A stretch of 64,000 bases of DNA from Rhodobacterales bacterium (GTDB lineage: Bacteria; Pseudomonadota; Alphaproteobacteria; Rhodobacterales; Rhodobacteraceae). Position numbers and translations under genes: made by a program. The stretch lies in NCBI GenBank assembly GCA_033839205.1, contig JAJLKH010000096.1, positions 12,510 to 76,509 on the forward strand, given 5' to 3'. This document shows positions 23,160 to 30,976 of this stretch, one piece after another (position 1 is the stretch's first letter; the number at the start of each line of letters is the position of its first letter). Below the pieces are notes generated by a model. That model worked only from the letters and a program-made list of their open reading frames with translations. It was not told where the DNA came from and ran no database searches.

Positions 23160-24392
23160 CTATTCGCTGATCCGCGCCACGACAAGCGGATCCTGCTGAT
23201 CGTTCGAGAACAGCAAAAGCGCGCCGTTCGGATCAATGTCGAACCGGCTGATCCGTTGCAGATCGGCAAGGAACCGTTGTTCCTGCTCCATCAGATCCGG
23301 AGCACAGGCCATACGCGTGGATGCGGCGGGTCCGATGCTCAGGCCTTCGCCGCTCAACTCGAACGCGGCATTGTAGCGATTGCAGCCGCTGCGCCCGGCA
23401 AGCCGCCGCGTGACCGCATCGAATTCCAGCGTCACGACGGAATCGGCCACAAGCCCGGCGCCACCGATCTCTTGAACGATCCATTCCACACCGGCCAGCA
23501 AATCCATCGATTCGCCACCGCAGCCGTCCAGGGTTCGGTCCTGCATGGTCACACTCACGGTCTGGGGAAAGGGTGTACCCGACATCAGGTCATGGCAGAT
23601 CGTTTCGGACAGGCGCACCACCATGCCCTGGGCGGCCATGTCAAAGACGAAATCCGCCCCGGCCAGCGCTGCCCGCGGCAACTTGGCGCGCAAGGGGGTC
23701 TGCCCGATGTTCGGGATCAATTCGACCATGCCGCCCACGATCGTCAGCGACCAGAAGGGTTCCGTTCCGCGGGCGCGGTAGGGTTGTTCGGGTTCCGGGG
23801 GAACGGCCACGCATTCCGGCAGAACCTCACCCTCGAGCGAGACCAGCGCGGTATCGCCTTTCGTCCAGTAATAGGTGCCCGGATCTTGCGGATCCTCGAA
23901 CTTGGCCCCCGATGCGGCGGTAACCTGCGACAGGACCAGACGGTCGGTATCGGTTTCCAGCACGGCGCGATCTTCGAAGAAGCCAACCTTCAGCCGCGTG
24001 TCGCCGCAGCGCAGGGTGCTGGCAAAGCCCATCGGCTGATACCGGTTCATGACCACATCGCCCAGCGCCACAGGCGCCGTGCCTGCCGGCACCACGATGG
24101 CATCGCTGACCCACAAAGGCTGCCCATCCAGAACGAGTGCCGCGCGAATCGTCGCGCTGACTCCATCGGGCAGCGTCATGGAAAACGGGATCGGCACCTG
24201 CCGCCCGCCGGATTGAAACCGTGCCTCGGCAAGGGGGGTGTCCTGCAGCCCCCTGGCTTCGATCACGATATCGACGCCGGGAGGCAAGGCATCGCGCGTC
24301 AGGTAGGTGAGGGCACCGTCAAGGTTGCGGGCTTCGGCCGCGCCGACCAGCAAGGACACCGCCACAACACAGCTGCCGAAAACGCGCATCAC
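23160..24392 (-). CDS. Secreted multidomain protein with a C-terminal META (HslJ-like) domain
   Basis: It has a signal peptide (VAVSLLVGAAEA). Four segments follow in order: a YbaY-like N-terminal segment, an MliC-like Cys-bounded segment, a GTEPFWSL (COG3650-like) segment and a META-like C-terminus (SGCNRYNAAFELSGEGLSIGPAASTRMAC). Confidence 0.75.
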   Translation of the reverse strand: MMRVFGSCVVAVSLLVGAAEARNLDGALTYLTRDALPPGVDIVIEARGLQDTPLAEARFQSGGRQVPIPFSMTLPDGVSATIRAALVLDGQPLWVSDAIVVPAGTAPVALGDVVMNRYQPMGFASTLRCGDTRLKVGFFEDRAVLETDTDRLVLSQVTAASGAKFEDPQDPGTYYWTKGDTALVSLEGEVLPECVAVPPEPEQPYRARGTEPFWSLTIVGGMVELIPNIGQTPLRAKLPRAALAGADFVFDMAAQGMVVRLSETICHDLMSGTPFPQTVSVTMQDRTLDGCGGESMDLLAGVEWIVQEIGGAGLVADSVVTLEFDAVTRRLAGRSGCNRYNAAFELSGEGLSIGPAASTRMACAPDLMEQEQRFLADLQRISRFDIDPNGALLLFSNDQQDPLVVARISE

Positions 24393-24513
24393 CCCGGCTC
24401 CTTCCGAAAAGCTGCCGCTTGCGGGTCAGTATAGATAACCGGCTTGCGCGCTCAATCCCTTGAAGCCGGGCGCGCCGGTTTTTGCCTGTCAGCGGTGCAT
24501 CATGGTCCGCCGG

Positions 24514-25359
24514 TCAGCGCCCCGGAATGGCCGCGCGCTTTTCACCGGCGCCTTCCCAGTCCGTCATGGCGGCAATCGCTTCGTCCGCGGTTTCGACGTA
24601 ATGGAAGAGCGACAGGTCTTCGGCCGAGATCGTACCAGCCTCGGCCAGGGCATCCCAGTTGATGATGCGCTGCCAGAATGCCTTGCCGAACAGCAGGAAG
24701 GGCACGCGCTTCATGCGGCCCGTCTGGATCAGCGTGAGGCTTTCGAACATCTCGTCCAATGTGCCGAAGCCGCCGGGAAAGACACAGACCGCATTGGCCC
24801 GCATCAGGAAATGCATCTTGCGGATGGCGAAATAGTGAAAGTTGAAGCACAGGTCGGGCGTGACGTATTCGTTGGGCGCCTGTTCATGCGGCAAGACGAT
24901 GTTCAGGCCGATCGAGATGCCGCCCGCCTCGCGCGCGCCACGGTTGCCCGCCTCCATCACGCCGGGGCCGCCCCCGGTGGTGATGATGTTGCGGTGCCCC
25001 CCGGATTCAAGCGATGCCTGGGTTACGAGAAAGGCAAAGCGGCGCGCCTCGTCATAGTAGCGGGACAGGTCGGCGAGTTTCCTGTTCGAGGCTGCCGCGG
25101 CTTTGTCGGGGGCCGGGATGCGCGCGCCACCGAACAGGACCACGGTGCTTTCGACGCCGTATTCATCCAGCAGCATCTGCGGTTTCAGCAATTCTAGCTG
25201 CAGGCGGACCGGGCGCAGTTCATCGCGGCACAAGAATTCGTTGTCGGCGAAGGCCAACCGATAGGCCGATGACCGCGTCTGTTCGGTTTCGGGGACGCCA
25301 TGGGCTGTCTTGATATCCGTATGCGCGTCGCGAAACGGGCTGCTGCGGTCTTCGTTCAT
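24514..25359 (-). CDS. LOG family protein (TIGR00730-type nucleotide phosphoribohydrolase)
   Basis: The motifs GGGPGVMEAGNRGA and PGGFGTLDEMFE are present. Confidence 0.85.
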   Translation of the reverse strand: MNEDRSSPFRDAHTDIKTAHGVPETEQTRSSAYRLAFADNEFLCRDELRPVRLQLELLKPQMLLDEYGVESTVVLFGGARIPAPDKAAAASNRKLADLSRYYDEARRFAFLVTQASLESGGHRNIITTGGGPGVMEAGNRGAREAGGISIGLNIVLPHEQAPNEYVTPDLCFNFHYFAIRKMHFLMRANAVCVFPGGFGTLDEMFESLTLIQTGRMKRVPFLLFGKAFWQRIINWDALAEAGTISAEDLSLFHYVETADEAIAAMTDWEGAGEKRAAIPGR

Positions 25360-25529
25360 CGGGGTCGCTTTCCTGAAGGGCCTTTTGCCGGGGTATCAAA
25401 GCCGAAGCCGCAAGACCAGTGACGTTGGAGTGAGAGCGCCCCGGAGGCGGCCACGCCGTTGCGATTGCGCGCGGGGGCGCTTGGCCTTATAGGCGTCCGA
25501 AACCCTTTTCACAGCACGGAGACGCAGAC

Positions 25530-26357
25530 ATGTCGAACGCCGCCCTGGAAACAGCCATCGAAGCCGCCTGGGACGCCCGCGACGGCATTACCCCCGCCAC
25601 AAAGGGCGAGACGCGCGATGCAATCGAAGCAACGCTGGATGCGCTGGACAGCGGCAAGCTTCGCGTGGCGGAGCGTCAGGCGGACGGTCAGTGGCATGTG
25701 AACCAGTGGGCCAAGAAGGCCGTGCTTCTGGGTTTCCGCATCAAGGACATGGAAGTGCATGATGGCGGCCCGCAGTCGGGCGGCTGGTGGGACAAGGTCG
25801 ACAGCAAGTTCAAGGGCTGGCAGCCCGCCGACTGGAAATCCGCAGGCTTCCGCGCGGTTCCCAACTGCGTCGTGCGCCGGTCTGCCTATATCGCGCCGGG
25901 CGTGGTGCTGATGCCGTCTTTCGTGAACCTGGGCGCCTATGTCGACAGCGGCACCATGGTCGACACATGGGCCACGGTTGGCAGCTGCGCGCAGATCGGC
26001 AAGAACGTGCACCTGTCGGGTGGCGTGGGCATCGGCGGCGTGCTGGAACCGATGCAGGCGGGCCCCACGATCATTGAGGACAACTGCTTTATAGGCGCGC
26101 GTTCGGAAGTGGTCGAAGGCTGCATCGTGCGCGAAGGTTCGGTGCTGGGCATGGGTGTCTTCATCGGCAAATCCACCAAGATCGTGGACCGCGAGACCGG
26201 CGAAGTGATGTATGGCGAAGTGCCGGCCGGTTCGGTCGTTGTCGCAGGTTCGATGCCGTCGAAGAACGGGATCAACCTTTACTGCGCCGTGATCGTCAAG
26301 AAGGTGGACGCGCAGACCCGCTCGAAGACCTCGATCAACGAGCTGTTGCGTGACTGA
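25530..26357 (+). CDS. dapD: 2,3,4,5-tetrahydropyridine-2,6-dicarboxylate N-succinyltransferase
   Basis: 275 aa with hexapeptide-repeat LbH core and the typical DapD N-terminus (AAWDARD..TP). Confidence 0.92.
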   Translation: MSNAALETAIEAAWDARDGITPATKGETRDAIEATLDALDSGKLRVAERQADGQWHVNQWAKKAVLLGFRIKDMEVHDGGPQSGGWWDKVDSKFKGWQPADWKSAGFRAVPNCVVRRSAYIAPGVVLMPSFVNLGAYVDSGTMVDTWATVGSCAQIGKNVHLSGGVGIGGVLEPMQAGPTIIEDNCFIGARSEVVEGCIVREGSVLGMGVFIGKSTKIVDRETGEVMYGEVPAGSVVVAGSMPSKNGINLYCAVIVKKVDAQTRSKTSINELLRD

Positions 26358-26694
26358 TCAGCCCGAAAAGCCCAAGAAGAAACCATCGCGCCAGCAGGTC
26401 TATACCCTGCTGGTCGAGGTGGGCCGCAAGGAAGGCGACGGGCTGCCGCCCAAATCCACCGGTGCGGCGCTGATGATCTATGCATCCGGCGTGGATGAGG
26501 CCGAAGCCGTGCGCGAGACGGTGGCGATCCTGAAGCAGGCCGACATGGCCCCGCTTGACGTGACGGGATACGGCACGCTCGAGGAACGGCTGGCCGATGG
26601 CCAGGAAATCGACGAGGACGAACGCGCCCTGATGGCCCGCGCGCTTGAGGAAAACGCCGTCATCGTGGCGCAGATGACCCCTTTCGAGGACTGA
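26350..26694 (+). CDS. Hypothetical acidic protein (114 aa), translationally coupled to dapD
   Basis: The GTG start overlaps the dapD stop (GTGACTGA). Codon usage is consistent with the neighbours. I recognise no family. Confidence 0.55.
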   Translation: MTDQPEKPKKKPSRQQVYTLLVEVGRKEGDGLPPKSTGAALMIYASGVDEAEAVRETVAILKQADMAPLDVTGYGTLEERLADGQEIDEDERALMARALEENAVIVAQMTPFED

Positions 26695-26710
26695 AAGACC
26701 TGGGCGATGC

Positions 26711-27811
26711 CTAGGCCGCCCGGCGCTCGGACAGGGTGATTGCCTCGTAGGCGCGCAGCACGGGATAGGCCGAAGCGGCATGATCCGGCAGGCGCGACCG
26801 TTCGATCCCCGCCAGCAGGCTGGCCGCAAGGCGCGCGTGATTGCGCCTGATCCGACCGATAAACAGGCTTTCCATCGGCGTACCCGCGGCAAGGATCGCC
26901 TCATGGGCCGGCAACAGGACCTGCCCATAGGTCGCTGTGGGACCCGTCGCGCAGAAATGCGCGGCCGTTCCGTTGACCAGATGCCTTGCGGGCACCAGCA
27001 CGAATTCCTCATCGAACAGATATTCGACATCCGACCCACCGATCACAAGCATCTGTTCCGGGGCGACGACGATATCCTGCTGGAGGCCGAAATAGGGTGC
27101 GCGCAACCGCACAGGCCGGAGGAATCCGCGCGCGGGCACGGTGCGGCGCAGCACATGCAGCACCGGCTGTGTGGTGCCATCCGCCAGCCGCATGACATCG
27201 CCGCGCTTGACCTGGCCCAAAGGCTTGTACCCATAAGGCGTGCACAGGGGCACGCGCGCATCCAGCGTCGGCAGGGGGCCGACGGGTTCGATCCGCGTCG
27301 AGATCGCGAAGAAGGTCACTTCGGGATCCATGGACCGCATGGCGGGCATCATCGTCACCGCATGCACATCGCCGAGCGGCAGGGGTGGCGGATCGCTCAG
27401 TTCGGTCATGAACTGCACCGGCTGGTTCGGCTTTTCCACGACCAGCCGCCCCCAGCGGGCGGGCGCATCCCAGGAATAGCTGATGCGCAGCGTTTCATCA
27501 CCCCCGGTGGCATCGTGCTTGACCACGCAGTGACAGGCATCGTTTCCCTGGAATACGACAAGGGCGATACCGCCGCCGGGCAAGGCCCGCAGCGACAACC
27601 CGCGCCGCCAGGGGTGGGCCTGGTCCCATTCCAGAAGGGTCTGGGGCCGCCCGTCGGGGGCAAGCCGTGCCTCCATCAGCAGGGTCCCCCGCGTCAGAAG
27701 CGCCAGCGGATCGTCACGCTGCAGCGAGGTTTCGGAACGGCCGGCATCGCTGCCGAGACCGGAGCAGGAAAACCGCGGGTCCATCGAGTCGGCGATCGCA
27801 ATCCATGCCAT
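26711..27811 (-). CDS. Degenerate Hint-like domain protein
   Basis: Its C-terminal half aligns by eye block for block with the neighbouring Hint module: GDVMRLADGTTQPVLHVLRRTV, VAPEQMLVI, GTPMESLF. It lacks the CFxxGT start and the block-B His. The ATG lies 1 nt after the stop of the upstream gene. Confidence 0.65.
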   Translation of the reverse strand: MAWIAIADSMDPRFSCSGLGSDAGRSETSLQRDDPLALLTRGTLLMEARLAPDGRPQTLLEWDQAHPWRRGLSLRALPGGGIALVVFQGNDACHCVVKHDATGGDETLRISYSWDAPARWGRLVVEKPNQPVQFMTELSDPPPLPLGDVHAVTMMPAMRSMDPEVTFFAISTRIEPVGPLPTLDARVPLCTPYGYKPLGQVKRGDVMRLADGTTQPVLHVLRRTVPARGFLRPVRLRAPYFGLQQDIVVAPEQMLVIGGSDVEYLFDEEFVLVPARHLVNGTAAHFCATGPTATYGQVLLPAHEAILAAGTPMESLFIGRIRRNHARLAASLLAGIERSRLPDHAASAYPVLRAYEAITLSERRAA

Positions 27812-27812
27812 G

Positions 27813-29411
27813 TCAGGCCACCCGCCGTTCGGCCTGCAACAGGCGCGCCTCGTAGCAGCGCAACATGCGCCGCGCGGCCGGGCTGTAACCCTGCCCCGTC
27901 ACCGGATCCAGCTCCGGGAACAGGGCCGTGATCTCGCCGATGACATCGGCCTCGAAAGACCGAGCGATCTGGGGACCCGGCAGGAAGCTTTCGGTTTCGA
28001 GCCCTTCGGAAAAGACCACCTGGTGCCGGTCGAACAGGATATGCACGTAATCGACCATGCCACCTTCGATCCGGCGCACGCTTCGATCATTGACGAGGTC
28101 ACGCGCCGCGACCAGAACCTCGCGCTCGCCGAACAGGACCTCGGCCAGGCTGTCGCGGATCAGGACGCGGTGCAGGGGCGAGACCATCAGGCTGCGATGC
28201 TCGCCAAAGGTATTGGCCGCGATGAAGATCGGCGCAAACTCCGCCCGCGCCTCGACCCGGCGCTGGCCGATCCAGCGCAGCGGTTGCGGGCCGTCATCCT
28301 TTGTCAGGACCAGGTCGCCCGGTGTCAGGGTTTCGACCGGAACCTCGCCCCGCGGGGTCATGACCATCGTGCCGGCCACGAAACAGGGAACTGAATCGAC
28401 GATCACGAAACCTGTATCGGTCTGCCCGGTGCTGCTGGCGACCGTGTAGGTGAAATTCGCCACCTCGACATTGCCGTCACCCACGACCGTCAGCGTGCCA
28501 TCGGCGTTCACCGTCACCTGCTGCCCGGTTCCCAGGGTCAGGACAGTGCCCACCACGACGGGCTGGCCGTTGATATGGGTGATGGTCAGCACCCCACCCG
28601 TGGCGTTCACATCATTGCCAAGGACGTCGATCACCACGGAGCCGTTGGGATAGATCTCGGCCAAGTCCGTTTGCGCGACCAGCACCGTCTGGACCGAATT
28701 GCCCGCGATCAGCACATTGGTGTCATATTGGGAATCCAGCACATCCGCGATGCCGATTCGGATCGAGTTGACCTCGCCCGGGTTCACCACCATCGTCAGG
28801 GTCATGGTGACGGTGAAGCCGTCCATCTCGGTGTTGTAGGGGCTGCCCACGTTGGAGATGAAGAGGTTCTGGTTGCTGCCCGCATTCAGGTTGTTGGGAT
28901 CGACATCCCCGTCGCCCACCGCCAGTTCGACCTGTTGGCCGTTGACCCAGACGCCGAAGAAATCCTGATAGGCGCCATTTGCGAATTCAGGATACTCCTC
29001 GGAGGAGAAGACGAATTGCATCGTCATCAGGTTGCCGGTGGGGATGAAATCCACGTCCAGCCAGGCCGCATCAAAGGTGCTGGTGCCGGCGGCCGCGTTG
29101 AACTGCGCGTTGTTGTTCACGCCCGATGTGTCGGTTGTTCTGGACGCGCTCAGGTTGGCCTGGGTCGGGTTTGCATTGCTGCCACCGGCCGCGTTGGTGA
29201 AATCATTCGCCCGCCCGGTTGACAGGATCACGCCTGTATCGCTGGGGGTCACGAAGGGCGATACACTGTCACCGTTGCTGTAGATGCCTGACGAGCGCGC
29301 GTCTCCGGTGTAGCTTGCGCTGACCACGGTGACACCATCACCGAAGATCTCGTTGGCCATCTGCAATGCAGAGGCGTTCGTGTTCACCGGCAACCTGGAT
29401 GCTGCAACCAT
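27813..29411 (-). CDS. Choice-of-anchor-L-like / cadherin-like / Hint (BIL) domain protein
   Basis: The N-terminal region carries FVFSSEEYPEF, EMDGFT and IGIADVLDSQYDTNVLI. A middle segment reads DVLGNDVNATGG..VTVNADGTLTV. The Hint module starts at CFVAGT (Cys343, codon 28383..28385), followed by LRWIGQRRV, SPLHRVL and VVFSEGLETESF. Confidence 0.85.
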   Translation of the reverse strand: MVAASRLPVNTNASALQMANEIFGDGVTVVSASYTGDARSSGIYSNGDSVSPFVTPSDTGVILSTGRANDFTNAAGGSNANPTQANLSASRTTDTSGVNNNAQFNAAAGTSTFDAAWLDVDFIPTGNLMTMQFVFSSEEYPEFANGAYQDFFGVWVNGQQVELAVGDGDVDPNNLNAGSNQNLFISNVGSPYNTEMDGFTVTMTLTMVVNPGEVNSIRIGIADVLDSQYDTNVLIAGNSVQTVLVAQTDLAEIYPNGSVVIDVLGNDVNATGGVLTITHINGQPVVVGTVLTLGTGQQVTVNADGTLTVVGDGNVEVANFTYTVASSTGQTDTGFVIVDSVPCFVAGTMVMTPRGEVPVETLTPGDLVLTKDDGPQPLRWIGQRRVEARAEFAPIFIAANTFGEHRSLMVSPLHRVLIRDSLAEVLFGEREVLVAARDLVNDRSVRRIEGGMVDYVHILFDRHQVVFSEGLETESFLPGPQIARSFEADVIGEITALFPELDPVTGQGYSPAARRMLRCYEARLLQAERRVA

Positions 29412-29559
29412 TTATATCCTGCCCCACTTGGCCTGAGACAGGACAGCACAAGATCCGTGACACGCGAATGGCGCGCCGTGTGCCGGCCGGAGCCTGCACA
29501 TTCCTTGATCCGGACCACGTTGGATCCTGCTGCTTTCGACCTGCCTCGGGTCTTATTGA

Positions 29560-29575
29560 TTAAAGCGGAGTTAAC
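29560..29575 (-). promoter_or_regulatory. Candidate CtrA-type box TTAAAGCGGAGTTAAC (TTAA-N7-TTAAC)
   Basis: This is a perfect pattern match about 150 nt upstream of the Hint operon start (29411). A third GTTAACACT copy lies at 29593..29601. Confidence 0.45.
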
Positions 29576-29729
29576 ACTTTCGTTTCGGCGCTGTTAACAC
29601 TCTTCCACCCGGACCCATGCTATCGCCATGAAATTGCGCCTTTTCCGACACATACGCACAATCCTTGATTGTTTGCCGTGACGGAAAAACCAGTCTATCG
29701 ATGCACAACCCCATGAAAGGACCCCATCC

Positions 29730-30899
29730 ATGGCCCAGACACCCAGCACTGCACATGCCCCGGTCGACCCCGCGGATCTGACCGTGCAGCTGATCCGCTG
29801 CCCCTCGGTGACGCCGGAAGAAGGCGGCGCGCTGGTTCTGTTGCAATCTTTGCTGGAAAGCGCGGGCTTTGCCTGTACCCGCGTGGATAGGGGCGCGGTA
29901 TCCAACCTCTTCGCGCGCTGGGGCGCGAAAGGGCATCCCCATACCTTCGGCTTCAACGGGCACACCGATGTGGTCCCCGTGGGTGACGAGGCCGCATGGA
30001 CCGTGCCGCCCTTCGGCGGGGTGATCAAGGACGGCCAGATCTGGGGACGCGGGGCCACCGACATGAAATCGGGTGTCGCCGCCTTTGCCGCGGCCGCGAT
30101 TGATTTCGTGCGCCAGACCCCGCCCGACGGGGCGGTGGTTCTGACCATCACCGGCGATGAGGAAGGCGACGCGGTGGATGGCACGACCGCGCTTCTGGAC
30201 TGGATGCGTGACAATGGCGAGGCGATGAGCGTCTGCCTTGTGGGTGAGCCCACCTGCCCCGAACGCATGGGCGAGATGATCAAGATCGGGCGGCGCGGAT
30301 CGCTGACCGCGTTTTTCACCGTGACGGGGGTGCAGGGACATTCCGCCTATCCGCACCGCGCCAGGAACCCGCTGCCCGCGATGGCGCGTCTGATGGACCG
30401 CCTGTCCAGCCATGAACTGGACCGGGGCAACGACCATTTCGACCCCTCGACCCTGGCGGTGGTGACCATCGACACGGGCAATCCCGCCACCAACGTGATT
30501 CCCGCCCAGTGCCGTGCCAGCGTGAACATCCGCTTCAATGATATCCACTCGGGCGCCAGCCTGACCGATTGGCTGCGCGCAGAGGCGGACAGGGTGGCCG
30601 AGGAATTCGGCGTAGCCGTGGACATGACAGTGAAGATCTCCGGCGAAAGCTTTCTGACCCCGCCCGGAGCGCTGTCGGACTTGGTCAGCGCGGCGGTGCA
30701 GGCGGAAACCAACGTGGTGCCTGTCCTTTCCACCTCGGGCGGAACCTCGGATGCCAGATTCGTCAAGGATCACTGTCCGGTGGTGGAATTCGGCCTTGTC
30801 GGCCGCACGATGCACCAGGTCGATGAACGGGTTGATATCGCCCATATCCACCAGCTCAAGTCTATCTACACCCGCATCCTGTGCAGCTATTTCGGTTAG
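29730..30899 (+). CDS. dapE: Succinyl-diaminopimelate desuccinylase
   Basis: M20 peptidase motifs GHTDVVP and [10 protein letters not shown] are present. The 389-aa length is typical of DapE. Confidence 0.92.
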   Translation: MAQTPSTAHAPVDPADLTVQLIRCPSVTPEEGGALVLLQSLLESAGFACTRVDRGAVSNLFARWGAKGHPHTFGFNGHTDVVPVGDEAAWTVPPFGGVIKDGQIWGRGATDMKSGVAAFAAAAIDFVRQTPPDGAVVLTITGDEEGDAVDGTTALLDWMRDNGEAMSVCLVGEPTCPERMGEMIKIGRRGSLTAFFTVTGVQGHSAYPHRARNPLPAMARLMDRLSSHELDRGNDHFDPSTLAVVTIDTGNPATNVIPAQCRASVNIRFNDIHSGASLTDWLRAEADRVAEEFGVAVDMTVKISGESFLTPPGALSDLVSAAVQAETNVVPVLSTSGGTSDARFVKDHCPVVEFGLVGRTMHQVDERVDIAHIHQLKSIYTRILCSYFG

Positions 30900-30976
30900 G
30901 CCGCGCGAGGTGGGAGGCCGGGCATGGGCACCGATTCCCCCATGACGGCACCCCGCACCTGTGATAACCGAAGCGC

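Noticed and set aside
24438-24483. Hairpin followed by TTTTT on the plus strand, where no plus-strand gene ends (a possible sRNA terminator)
   Set aside because: The stem is only 4-7 bp. An overlapping alternative hairpin (CCGGCTT..AAGCCGG, followed by a U-rich stretch on the minus strand) is adequately explained as the terminator of the LOG-family gene.
29366-29563. 65-aa plus-strand ORF in the Hint-operon/dapE spacer
   Set aside because: It has no RBS and is Cys/Arg-rich. It overlaps the 5' end of the Hint gene and the candidate regulatory boxes. The region is more plausibly non-coding control DNA.
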